From the IMG/VR virus record IMGVR_UViG_3300020044_000335, positions 1-25,661 of that record: a DNA stretch of 25,661 nucleotides; one strand, given 5' to 3'. Each line of letters starts with the position of its first letter. The stretch's first letter is position 1. Source of the DNA: a virus. Lineage: Duplodnaviria; Caudoviricetes. The translations under genes and the position numbers were made by a program. Below, in pieces: positions 1-8,383 of the stretch. The notes under the pieces were generated by a model, which did no database searches, was not told the DNA's origin, and saw nothing but the letters and a program-made list of their open reading frames with translations.

Positions 1-14
1 ACTAACATAAAATT

Positions 15-296
15 ATGGCATTTGCGAAAAAAGTTGATAAAAATCAAAAGGATGTTGTTAAAGCACTACGAGATTATGGTGCTGATGTTTTCCTTTTGCA
101 CATGGTCGGTGGAGGAATCCCCGACTTGCTAGTATGCTATGAAGAACACACCATTTTAATAGAAGTTAAAGATGGGGAAGATAAAAAGCTAACTCCGCAA
201 CAAATTACCTTGTTTGCTGGATGGAAAGGTGGGCCACTTCACAGGGTAAATTCTGTGCAAGAGTCAATAGAAGTGCTAAAATTATATGAAGAATAA
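15..296 (+). CDS. VRR-NUC (PD-(D/E)XK) nuclease, putative Holliday junction resolvase
   Basis: GIPDLLV...LIEVKDG...LTPQQ..F...W motif of stand-alone phage VRR-NUC proteins. Confidence 0.85.
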   Translation: MAFAKKVDKNQKDVVKALRDYGADVFLLHMVGGGIPDLLVCYEEHTILIEVKDGEDKKLTPQQITLFAGWKGGPLHRVNSVQESIEVLKLYEE

Positions 297-299
297 ACA

Positions 300-333
300 A
301 AACCCCTAGAAAATTGGCGTTTTCTAAGGGTTT
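300..333 (+). promoter_or_regulatory. 14-bp stem-loop (terminator/attenuator-like) in HNH gene leader
   Basis: AAACCCCTAGAAAA-TTGGCG-TTTTCTAAGGGTTT, 13 of 14 pairs. Confidence 0.6.
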
Positions 334-341
334 CTACCAAC

Positions 342-358
342 CAACTAAATAGGAGTTG
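342..358 (+). promoter_or_regulatory. Small hairpin overlapping the HNH ribosome-binding site
   Basis: CAACT(342-346) pairs with AGTTG(354-358); SD AGGAG at 351-355. Confidence 0.4.
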
Positions 359-360
359 AT

Positions 361-861
361 ATGGATGCCAAAGAGTTTACTATTTCTTATGATGAATTGC
401 ACCGACTATTTGATTACAAAAATGGTCATCTTTATTGGAAAATTCGCAATTCAAACCGAATAAAAATTGGTAGCCAAGCTGGCACAGTTGCCAAAAGAGG
501 CAATATCAACATAAATATAAGTAAAAGGCTATACAAAGCCCATCGCATAATTTTTTTTATGCACCATAAATATTTGCCGCCAATAATTGACCACATAGAT
601 GGCAACTCTTTAAATAACCGCATAGAAAACCTTAGACCAGCAACAGAATTGCAAAATCATCACAATGTTGGCGTTTTAAAACGAAATAAATCTGGCGTTA
701 AAGGTGTTTGTTGGGATAAATCAAGAAATAAATGGTTTGCTAGACTTAATTTCAATTATAAGTCGCATCATGTTGGATATTTTGATAAAATTGAAGAAGC
801 TAAAAAAGCTGTAGAATTATATAGAAATCAATTACATGGTAGTTTTGCAAAACACGAATAG
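361..861 (+). CDS. HNH homing endonuclease with C-terminal AP2 DNA-binding domain
   Basis: AHRIIF...IDHIDGNSLNNRIENLR (HNH_3), followed by NKSGVKGVCW...KWFARL...GYFDKIEEA (AP2); ends HGSFA. Confidence 0.93.
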   Translation: MDAKEFTISYDELHRLFDYKNGHLYWKIRNSNRIKIGSQAGTVAKRGNININISKRLYKAHRIIFFMHHKYLPPIIDHIDGNSLNNRIENLRPATELQNHHNVGVLKRNKSGVKGVCWDKSRNKWFARLNFNYKSHHVGYFDKIEEAKKAVELYRNQLHGSFAKHE

Positions 862-870
862 GAGTAATGA

Positions 871-1230
871 ATGACGGAAAATATGGCACTTTTTGCTGCA
901 ACATTACTTCATTCTTCGACCAATGCACACTTTTTTCATTGGTCTACCGACTCCTTTAGCAAACACATGGCTTTAGGCGAATACTACGATGAAATTGTAG
1001 ATTTGACTGATGGCTTAGTTGAAGTGTATATGGGTTGCTACGAAAAGATTACTAAGTTTCCTAGCGTATACCACCAGCCAACTGACCCCATTAAGTATAT
1101 GAAATCATTGCAAAAATTCGTAGAAGAAGCCCGCAAAGATTTGCCGCAAGAAACCCCAATTCAAAACCTTATTGATGGAATAGCCGAATTAATCGACACT
1201 ACTGTCTATAAGCTAGTTAATTTACGATAA
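871..1230 (+). CDS. Short Dps/ferritin-like four-helix protein (DUF5856-like)
   Basis: AHFFHW-x7-H-MALGEYY...D-GLV-E resembles the Dps ferroxidase ligand pattern; SD GGAG at 861-864. Confidence 0.75.
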   Translation: MTENMALFAATLLHSSTNAHFFHWSTDSFSKHMALGEYYDEIVDLTDGLVEVYMGCYEKITKFPSVYHQPTDPIKYMKSLQKFVEEARKDLPQETPIQNLIDGIAELIDTTVYKLVNLR

Positions 1231-1239
1231 GGATTCATC

Positions 1240-1422
1240 ATGCCAATGGACAAATCAGGCTCGGCACAATCAGTCGGCAAGAACTATAAGACAGAAGTTG
1301 CCGCAGGAAAGCCTAAAAAACAAGCCTTGGCTATTGCATTGTCCGAACAGCGTACCCATGCTAGAGGCAAAGTTAAGTCTAAATTAGAAGCTGCTTACGC
1401 AAAGCACATGGAGTCCAAATGA
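1240..1422 (+). CDS. Small basic phage protein (GKPKKQALAIAL motif)
   Basis: SD AAGGA; the N-Y-K-T-E-x-x-A-G-K-P-x-K-Q-A-x-A-I-A-L pattern recurs in small phage proteins near packaging genes. Confidence 0.7.
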   Translation: MPMDKSGSAQSVGKNYKTEVAAGKPKKQALAIALSEQRTHARGKVKSKLEAAYAKHMESK

Positions 1423-1646
1423 AACACATGAGCCGCAAATACAAAAAAGAAGATGCAATGCTTAGACCTCATAAAGAGTCTACGCTAGAGAAGCAACAAA
1501 AAATGCGCCAAGACAAAAAGAAACCGCCTGAACTCAATGTTAATAGCAAAGACGACATTATTAATAAGAAAATTAATGAGCGTCTAAAGCGTAAAGCTAT
1601 GCTTGCTAAAGCTATGAACAAGCTAACAGACCCTGACATTGCTTAA
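1419..1646 (+). CDS. Hypothetical Lys-rich protein
   Basis: ATGA overlap with previous gene; SD GGAG upstream. Confidence 0.65.
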   Translation: MKHMSRKYKKEDAMLRPHKESTLEKQQKMRQDKKKPPELNVNSKDDIINKKINERLKRKAMLAKAMNKLTDPDIA

Positions 1647-1662
1647 TAATCTGTAGTAGAAT
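1633..1662 (+). promoter_or_regulatory. Putative sigma70-type promoter
   Basis: CTGACA(1633-1638)-18 nt-TAGAAT(1657-1662), upstream of the GIY-YIG/terS/terL unit. Confidence 0.45.
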
Positions 1663-1674
1663 TAAACCCTTACA

Positions 1675-1687
1675 AATCAATTACTTG
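1675..1687 (+). promoter_or_regulatory. IHF consensus binding site
   Basis: AATCAATTACTTG matches WATCAANNNNTTR exactly; intergenic, upstream of the terminase genes. Confidence 0.55.
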
Positions 1688-1694
1688 AGAATGT

Positions 1695-2264
1695 ATGGCA
1701 AATAAAGAGTACAAATGGTACATATACCAGCTAATAGACCCTCGCAATGATGAGGTTTTTTACATTGGTAAAGGTACAGGCAAACGCATAAAAGCCCACG
1801 AAAAAGAAACTCGTAAAGGGGTATGCTCAAAAAAGACCAATAAAATCAAAGAGATATGGCTTGATAATTTAGAAGTCAAGCGTCAAATTATTGCTTATTG
1901 TAATGATGAGAAATATGCTTATGAAGTAGAGTCCGATTGGATTAATAGCACACCTAATTTGACTAATCGCTTTCCAGCACGCAAAGGATTGCCATTTGCT
2001 CAATACCATCACAAAGAAGTGTTTGATGCTGTTATGACAAGAATGGGTGAATTTGCATATTGGTACAAACACAGCAATGGTGGGGCTTTAAAATCATCTA
2101 TATCAACCCCTGATTGCACACATGGAAAGTTAATTAAAGTTTGTGCTGAATCTTTGTACAACAGCTTATTTCCTAAGTTTTTGAAAGATATACAAAAGTC
2201 ATCAAAATTAGAAAACGCCCTAAAAAATGAATTAAATGCTTATGGGGTGCAATATGGCTGCTAG
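1695..2264 (+). CDS. GIY-YIG nuclease (LEM-3-like), probable free-standing homing endonuclease
   Basis: YIYQLIDPRNDEVFYIGKGTGKR...H...AYEVESDWI...LTN shows both Tyr motifs plus the catalytic Arg, Glu and Asn. Confidence 0.88.
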   Translation: MANKEYKWYIYQLIDPRNDEVFYIGKGTGKRIKAHEKETRKGVCSKKTNKIKEIWLDNLEVKRQIIAYCNDEKYAYEVESDWINSTPNLTNRFPARKGLPFAQYHHKEVFDAVMTRMGEFAYWYKHSNGGALKSSISTPDCTHGKLIKVCAESLYNSLFPKFLKDIQKSSKLENALKNELNAYGVQYGC

Positions 2265-2484
2265 AAAGAAATTAGAGCTTACCCAGGCTTGGCGAGATAA
2301 GATTCAAATTGCCGCCATTATTGACAGGCTTGCAAAGCATATTAATGATGAAATAGATATGAAGCCTACTCAACTTAAAGCTGCTGAAATACTACTTAAA
2401 AAGGTAGCGCCAGACCTTTCTAATACAACTTTAGATGGTAATGAAGATAAGCCTGTTCGCATGGTGGTGTCTTGGAAGAAGTAG
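2254..2484 (+). CDS. terS: Putative terminase small subunit
   Basis: Directly upstream of and overlapping terL; KIQ...IIDRL...TQLKAAEILLKKVAPDLS helical core and a C-terminal beta tail (PVRMVVSW). Start moved to ATG 2254 (SD GGGGTG 2244-2249). Confidence 0.65.
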   Translation: MAARKKLELTQAWRDKIQIAAIIDRLAKHINDEIDMKPTQLKAAEILLKKVAPDLSNTTLDGNEDKPVRMVVSWKK

Positions 2485-3812
2485 AAATAGAGCTTGATTA
2501 CAAGCCTAGAGATGTATTTGAAGATTTCCACGAAAGAACAGAGCGCTGGGCTGTCATAGTTGCCCACAGACGTTGTGGTAAGACTGTTAGTTGTATTAAC
2601 GAATTAATCTATAAAGCACTAATAGAGGGCAAAGAAGATGGGCGCTACGCTTATGTTGCACCATATTACAGCCAAGCTAAGAATATTGCCTGGGACTACT
2701 TGTTAAGATTTAGTAAGCCTGTAATGGCTAAAGCTAATCAATCTGAACTATGGGTGGAACTAATAAATGGCGCAAGGATTCGTTTGTTTGGTGCTGATAA
2801 CGCTGACAGTCTGCGTGGTCTGTACCTTGACGGTATAGTTTTAGATGAATATGCAGATATGCGCCCTAGAATTTGGGGCGAGATTATTCGGCCTTTGCTG
2901 GCAGACAGACTTGGATGGGCAGTTTTCATTGGAACGCCCAAAGGCCATAACGCCTTCTGGGACATCTACACTCACGCAACAAAGTCTGATGATTGGTACG
3001 CTAAAACCCTAAGAGCAAGCCAAACAGGGCTATTGCCTAAGTCTGAGTTAGAAGACGCTGCCAAGTCTATGACTCAAGACCAATACTTACAAGAGTTTGA
3101 ATGCGACTTTGAAAGTGCCATCTTTGGTGCTTATTACGGCAAAGAGATGCGTCAGCTTACAGACCAAGGCAGAATACTAGACATTAAATATGACCCTATG
3201 TTTCCTGTACATACAGCATGGGACTTGGGCTATTCCGATGACACCGCTATATGGTGGTTTCAAGTGGTGCATGGCGAGATTCGTATGCTTGATTACCATT
3301 CAAGTAATGGTCAGCCAATAGCGTTTTATACAGGCATTATTCAAAACCGAGAGAAGGAAAGAGGCTATGTGTATGGCACACATTACTTACCTCACGATGC
3401 TCGTGCAAAGACACTTGCTTCAAATAAATCAATAATTGAGCAACTTTCAGACAAAATTCCGTTAAAATACTTAAAGATTGTGCCAAGTTTGTCACTTCAA
3501 GATGGTATACAAGCAACACGACTAGCATTAACTAGAGCTTGGTTTGACCACAAGTGCGAAGATGGCATTGAATGTTTAAGGCAGTACCAACGAGAGTATG
3601 ACGAAGACAAAAAAGTATTTCGTGATAAGCCAAGGCATGATTGGGCGTCACACGGTGCGGACAGTTTTCGTATGCTTTCAATAGCCTGGAAAGAAGAAGC
3701 TAAGATTCCCCATAAGGATGACTCTATTAGAGGGCTATTTGTAGGACAAACTGATGTAAGTTTGAATGAGATGTGGAAGCAACAACAACCAAATATTATT
3801 AGGAGAATTTAA
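2472..3812 (+). CDS. terL: Terminase large subunit
   Basis: Walker A AHRRCGKT, Walker B GIVLDE, coupling motif GTPKG, QEFECDF, RNase H-like AWDLGYSDDT and HGADSFR; TTG start. Confidence 0.97.
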   Translation: MEEVEIELDYKPRDVFEDFHERTERWAVIVAHRRCGKTVSCINELIYKALIEGKEDGRYAYVAPYYSQAKNIAWDYLLRFSKPVMAKANQSELWVELINGARIRLFGADNADSLRGLYLDGIVLDEYADMRPRIWGEIIRPLLADRLGWAVFIGTPKGHNAFWDIYTHATKSDDWYAKTLRASQTGLLPKSELEDAAKSMTQDQYLQEFECDFESAIFGAYYGKEMRQLTDQGRILDIKYDPMFPVHTAWDLGYSDDTAIWWFQVVHGEIRMLDYHSSNGQPIAFYTGIIQNREKERGYVYGTHYLPHDARAKTLASNKSIIEQLSDKIPLKYLKIVPSLSLQDGIQATRLALTRAWFDHKCEDGIECLRQYQREYDEDKKVFRDKPRHDWASHGADSFRMLSIAWKEEAKIPHKDDSIRGLFVGQTDVSLNEMWKQQQPNIIRRI

Positions 3813-3813
3813 T

Positions 3814-4116
3814 ATGGCAGCAGTTTCAGCAGCGTATGGCTTTCCATACGAACACGTTGCAAATTCGGTAACAGGACAAGTATTAGGTACGACAGGCGCA
3901 AAAGGTGATTACATTCACCGTTTAATTGTTACTGTAAATACCGCAGCAACAAGCACAGTAAACATTATTGATGGTGCTTTTTCTCATGCTTTAGTACGGG
4001 CAAACACCCCTATTGGAGTGTATTCAATAGAATTTAATGCTAAGTCTGCCACTTCTGGTTGGAGTGTTACAACTGGTGCAGGCGTAGAAGTATTGGCAAT
4101 GGGTGTATTTACCTAA
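3814..4116 (+). CDS. Small beta-rich hypothetical protein (possible virion protein)
   Basis: SD AGGAG 3801-3805 supports ATG 3814 rather than 3766; Thr/Val/Gly/Ala-rich. Confidence 0.7.
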   Translation: MAAVSAAYGFPYEHVANSVTGQVLGTTGAKGDYIHRLIVTVNTAATSTVNIIDGAFSHALVRANTPIGVYSIEFNAKSATSGWSVTTGAGVEVLAMGVFT

Positions 4117-4131
4117 TCAAGAAAGTAAGTT

Positions 4132-6429
4132 ATGGCAAACGATAAAGCTACTGTTAATCACTCGTATAAGGATTGGTATAAAACCATTATGGGCTATGAA
4201 CGCTCATATAAGCGTTGGGAAGCTAGAGTTGACCGCATTGTTAAGAAATATAAGGATGACAGTCGTTATGACCGCAATCCTAATGCTAGGTTTAATATTC
4301 TTTGGTCAAATGTCCAAACCATTCAGCCTGCTATCTTTGCTAGACTGCCACGCCCAGACGTTTCAAGAAGGTTTCGTGATAACGACCCAATAGGCCGAGT
4401 TGCATCAATGATGCTTGAAAGAGCCTTAGAGTTTGAAATTGAACACTATGGCGACTATAAGTCAGCTATGAATAACAGCGTATTAGACCGCTTATTAGGT
4501 GGCCGTGGAGTTAGTTGGGTTCGTTATGAACCACATTTCGTAGGTGAAATGGAAGATATGGCTGATGGTGCGCCTGATGATGGTTTTAGCGTTACTGAAG
4601 ATAGTGACGAAGCTGAAACTCCTGAAGGCATGGAGAATGAAAACCAAGAGCGCATTGAGTATGAATGCTGCCCTGTAGATTATGTTCATTGGAAAGACTT
4701 TGGACACACAATCGCTAGAACTTGGGAAGAAGTCACCGCAGTATGGCGTAGAGTGTATATGTCACGCCCTGCATTGGTTGAGCGCTTTGGCGAAGATTTA
4801 GGCTACCAAATCCCCCTTGATACCAAGCCTGATGACTTAAAGCAATCTTATAAGTCTGACGATGGTGTATATGAGGCGCTAATATACGAGATTTGGGATA
4901 AAGAAACAGGCAAAGTACTGTGGATTTCTAAGTCACTAGGCAAGATTCTTGATGAAAGAGATGACCCACTAGGATTAGAAAACTTTTGGCCTTGTCCAAA
5001 ACCACTTTATTCAACTCTGACTACTGACAGTCTTGAGCCTATTCCTGACTTTGTTATTTATCAAGACCAGGCAAGAGAATTAGACGCATTGTGCGACAGA
5101 ATTGATGGTTTGATTAACGCATTGAAGGTGCGTGGCGTTTACGATGCCTCGGCCTCTGAACTACAACGCTTGTTCTCTGAGGGCGAAAACAACACAATGA
5201 TTCCAGTAAGTAACTGGATGGCTTTTGCCGAAAAACAAGGCATGAAAGGTGCTATTGACCTTGTAGACATTACCCCATTTGCTGCTGCATTGCAGTCTTG
5301 TTATCAAGCAATGGAACAAGTTAAGGGTCAGATTTACGAATTAATGGGTATTGCTGACATTCAGCGTGGTCAAACAGACCCTAATGAAACCCTTGGCGCA
5401 CAGATTATTAAGTCAAACAACGCTTCAGGTCGATTAAAGACAATGCAACACGCAGTAGTGGACTTTGCTACTAGCTTGTTGTCTATTAAAGCGCAGATTA
5501 TTTGTAATCACTTTACCGATGACACGCTAGTTAAGATTTCTGGCGCAATGCAACTAAGCCAAGAAGACCAACAGCTTATTCCACAGGCTTTAGAGTTACT
5601 TAGAAACGAAGCAGCTAAGAATTTCCGCATAGAAGTTACTTCTGACTCAATGATTTATCAAGATGAGCAGCAAGAAAAGGCAGACAGAATAGCCTTTTTA
5701 AGCGCTGTAAGTTCATTTATGAGTTCTGCTATGCCTGCTGCACAAGCAAGCCCTGAATTAACCCCAATGCTATGCGAAATGCTCAAATTTGGCGTTACTG
5801 CGTTTAAAGCTGGCAAGCAACTTGAAGGAATTATTGACCAAACTGCTGATGATTTGCGTAAACAGTATGAGCAGTCTAAAGGTCAGCCTAAACCTCCTCC
5901 TGTAGAGATTCAGAAGGTGCAAATGCAACAACAGGGCGAGCAACAGAAGCTACAATTTCAGTCACAACTTGAGCAACAGAAGATGCAGATGCAGATGGAA
6001 CTTGAGAAAGCTAAGCAAGAATACCAGGCGCAAGAAAACCAACTTAAATTCCAACTTGAAGAGCAACGCAACCAACTTGACAGAGAAATGGAAATGCGTG
6101 GTCAGCAAATGAAGATGGAAATGGAGTCTAAAGTTGCCCAAATGAAGATGATGACAGAGCGTAACACTCAAGTCTTGCTTGCTCATATAAACAATGGCGC
6201 AAAGATTGAAGTGGCTAGAATTGGCGCAGATGAATCAGGTGGCGAAGCAGCTTATATGCACGAAGAAGATATGGCACAAGCTATGGAGAACCCTATGAAG
6301 CCAGTAGCAGACGCTATTAGCCAAAATAGTAACCAAATGGCTATGATGCTTGCAGAAATGATGAGTAAATTAAACCAACCTAAAACTGTAATTCGTGGGC
6401 CTGATGGCAAAATAACTGGGGTTCAATAA
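4132..6429 (+). CDS. Portal protein with long C-terminal coiled-coil barrel
   Basis: Position after terL; 765 aa; NILWSN..., IYEIWDK, IYELMGIADIQRG...ETLGAQ; Q/M/E-rich C-terminal helix as in P22-type portals. Confidence 0.9.
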   Translation: MANDKATVNHSYKDWYKTIMGYERSYKRWEARVDRIVKKYKDDSRYDRNPNARFNILWSNVQTIQPAIFARLPRPDVSRRFRDNDPIGRVASMMLERALEFEIEHYGDYKSAMNNSVLDRLLGGRGVSWVRYEPHFVGEMEDMADGAPDDGFSVTEDSDEAETPEGMENENQERIEYECCPVDYVHWKDFGHTIARTWEEVTAVWRRVYMSRPALVERFGEDLGYQIPLDTKPDDLKQSYKSDDGVYEALIYEIWDKETGKVLWISKSLGKILDERDDPLGLENFWPCPKPLYSTLTTDSLEPIPDFVIYQDQARELDALCDRIDGLINALKVRGVYDASASELQRLFSEGENNTMIPVSNWMAFAEKQGMKGAIDLVDITPFAAALQSCYQAMEQVKGQIYELMGIADIQRGQTDPNETLGAQIIKSNNASGRLKTMQHAVVDFATSLLSIKAQIICNHFTDDTLVKISGAMQLSQEDQQLIPQALELLRNEAAKNFRIEVTSDSMIYQDEQQEKADRIAFLSAVSSFMSSAMPAAQASPELTPMLCEMLKFGVTAFKAGKQLEGIIDQTADDLRKQYEQSKGQPKPPPVEIQKVQMQQQGEQQKLQFQSQLEQQKMQMQMELEKAKQEYQAQENQLKFQLEEQRNQLDREMEMRGQQMKMEMESKVAQMKMMTERNTQVLLAHINNGAKIEVARIGADESGGEAAYMHEEDMAQAMENPMKPVADAISQNSNQMAMMLAEMMSKLNQPKTVIRGPDGKITGVQ

Positions 6430-8372
6430 TGGCTATAACGGTTAAACACAGTAAAGTCAGCACAATACCTGACGGGGATGACACAAGTGTAGTACGCCCT
6501 AGTGATTGGAACGCTGACCATACTTTAGTTGGTCTTGGCACAATGGCAGAGCAAAACGCTAATAACGTAGCTATTACTGGCGGTTCAATTACAGGTGTTA
6601 CAGGTGTTGGAACAGTTACTTCAGTTGGTGGTACTGGCACAGTTAATGGTGTTACTTTAACTGGCACAGTTACTTCATCAGGCAACCTTACTTTAGGTGG
6701 AACTTTAGATTTATCTAGCCCACCTACTATTGGAAATACAGCACCAAATACTGGTAAGTTCACTACATTAGAAGCCACAGGAACAAGCACTTTAGGCACA
6801 GCTTCTACTACTTATGTAACTATAACTGGGGATGCTAGTTACCCAATGGTAAAAGCTACTGGTGGTACAAATACCCCATTAGTATTATCCCCATTAGGTA
6901 CAGGCGCATTACAAGCACAAAAGACAGATTCAACTGCTACTGGTGGTAACGCTAGAGGTGCTAATGCTGTTGATTGGCAGACTACAAGAACTGCGGCATC
7001 ACAAGTGGCAAGTGGCACAGCTTCTGTTATTGGTGGTGGTTATCAAAACACATCTTCTGGAAATTACAATGTAATAGGTGGTGGTCAAGGAAACCAAGCC
7101 ACTTCATCTTATGGTGGTGTGGGTAGCGGTGCTTCAAATACTCTTGCTGCCAATTATTCTTTTATTGGTGGTGGAACAAGCAACTCAATTACTAATGGTG
7201 CAGCAAGTAATTATTCATTTATAGGCTCAGGCGCATCAAATTCTGCTCATGGTGTATATAATTTTGTTGGCGGTGGTTTTACAAATTCAGGAACAGTTGC
7301 CGCAGCAGTAACAACTCAATCAGCAACAATGAATGGCACTACTGCTGTAACTCTTAGTGGAAGTAATGCAAGCATTAAAGTTGGTCAATACATTGCTGGA
7401 ACTTCTATTGCAGCAAATACTTATGTTGCCGCAATATCAGGAACAGCTTTAACACTTTCTCAAGCCGCTTCAGGTTCATCTACTTCAACCCTATCCTTCT
7501 ACACACCTCATGGAGTAGTAGTAGGTGGTGGTAATAACCAAGCAACTGGTGCATATAGTGCAATTTTAGGCGGTGGCGATGCTGGTTCTGCGGCTAATAG
7601 AAATGCGGCATCAGGTGATTGGTCAGTAGTTTGTGGTGGTGCAAAGAATGTGGCAAGTGGCATTGGTGCTTTTGTAGGAGGTGGTGGACCAGATGGCGGA
7701 GGTAATTTTTACGCCAATACATCAAGTGGAGCTTCATCTGCCATAGTTGGAGGTGTTGCCAATGTGTCCTCTGGTTTAGTTTCTTTTGTTGGAGGAGGTG
7801 CGAGCCACTCTGCTAGTGGGTCTTATTCTACAGTAGGTGGTGGTAACAATAATTTTGCCACTGCAAACTATTCATTTATTAGTGGTGGTTCTTACGGAAC
7901 TACTAGAGCAATAATAGGAAATAATGCAATAGCCGCTTGTAATGTCCCTATAACTGGGTCTTTAGGTGTTTCTCAAGCTGCTTTGTTAGTTCTTGGAACA
8001 CAAACAACAGACGCTACTGCTACAGTATTGCGGTCTAACACTTCTGCCGCAAGTGGAACAAACCAAGTAATCCTACCTAATAATTCTGCTTATTACTTTA
8101 AAGGTTGGGCTGTATCAACTGTAACTGGTGGTGGCAATACTAAAGGATGGGAAATATCAGGGGTTATTAAGCGTGGTGCTGGAGTAGGCACTACAGCTTT
8201 AGTAGGCACACCTACTGTTGTATCTTCTTTTGCTGATGCTGGTGCGGCAACTTGGGCATTAACAGCTACGGCAGATACTACCAATGGTGGACTAGCAATA
8301 ACCTTTACAGGGCAAGCCGCAACAACCATTAGAACAGTCTGCAAAATTGAAACTACAGAAGTAACCTATTAA
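6429..8372 (+). CDS. Gly/Ser/Thr-rich fibre protein with YadA-head-like beta-roll repeats
   Basis: About 14 repeats of ~15 aa (S-x-I/V-G-G-G-x-x-N-x-A-S-G-x-Y); GTVTSVG fibre motif. Confidence 0.75.
   Translation: MAITVKHSKVSTIPDGDDTSVVRPSDWNADHTLVGLGTMAEQNANNVAITGGSITGVTGVGTVTSVGGTGTVNGVTLTGTVTSSGNLTLGGTLDLSSPPTIGNTAPNTGKFTTLEATGTSTLGTASTTYVTITGDASYPMVKATGGTNTPLVLSPLGTGALQAQKTDSTATGGNARGANAVDWQTTRTAASQVASGTASVIGGGYQNTSSGNYNVIGGGQGNQATSSYGGVGSGASNTLAANYSFIGGGTSNSITNGAASNYSFIGSGASNSAHGVYNFVGGGFTNSGTVAAAVTTQSATMNGTTAVTLSGSNASIKVGQYIAGTSIAANTYVAAISGTALTLSQAASGSSTSTLSFYTPHGVVVGGGNNQATGAYSAILGGGDAGSAANRNAASGDWSVVCGGAKNVASGIGAFVGGGGPDGGGNFYANTSSGASSAIVGGVANVSSGLVSFVGGGASHSASGSYSTVGGGNNNFATANYSFISGGSYGTTRAIIGNNAIAACNVPITGSLGVSQAALLVLGTQTTDATATVLRSNTSAASGTNQVILPNNSAYYFKGWAVSTVTGGGNTKGWEISGVIKRGAGVGTTALVGTPTVVSSFADAGAATWALTATADTTNGGLAITFTGQAATTIRTVCKIETTEVTY
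7023..7898 (+). repeat. Degenerate ~45-bp coding tandem repeats (beta-roll), interrupted by an inserted domain at ~7293-7511
   Basis: SVIGGGYQNTSSGNY, NVIGGGQGNQATSSY, SFIGGGTSN, SFIGSGASN, NFVGGGFTN ... SFVGGGASH, STVGGGNNN, SFISGG. Confidence 0.8.
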
Positions 8373-8383
8373 GGAGAATCACA

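Noticed and set aside
3766-3813. Upstream starts in the ORF track (3766, 2236, 9879, 17976)
   Set aside because: Downstream starts (3814, 2254, 9918, 18018) have better SDs or canonical 4-nt overlaps.
4103-4393. Alternate-frame + ORFs (4103-4393, 11983-12183, 19262-19501)
   Set aside because: Nested in well-supported genes, with no recognisable features.
6380-6799. 139-aa minus-strand ORF with PV/TV repeats (and the other short minus-strand ORFs)
   Set aside because: Mirror of Gly/Thr codons of the + strand genes; the whole region is a single-strand late operon.
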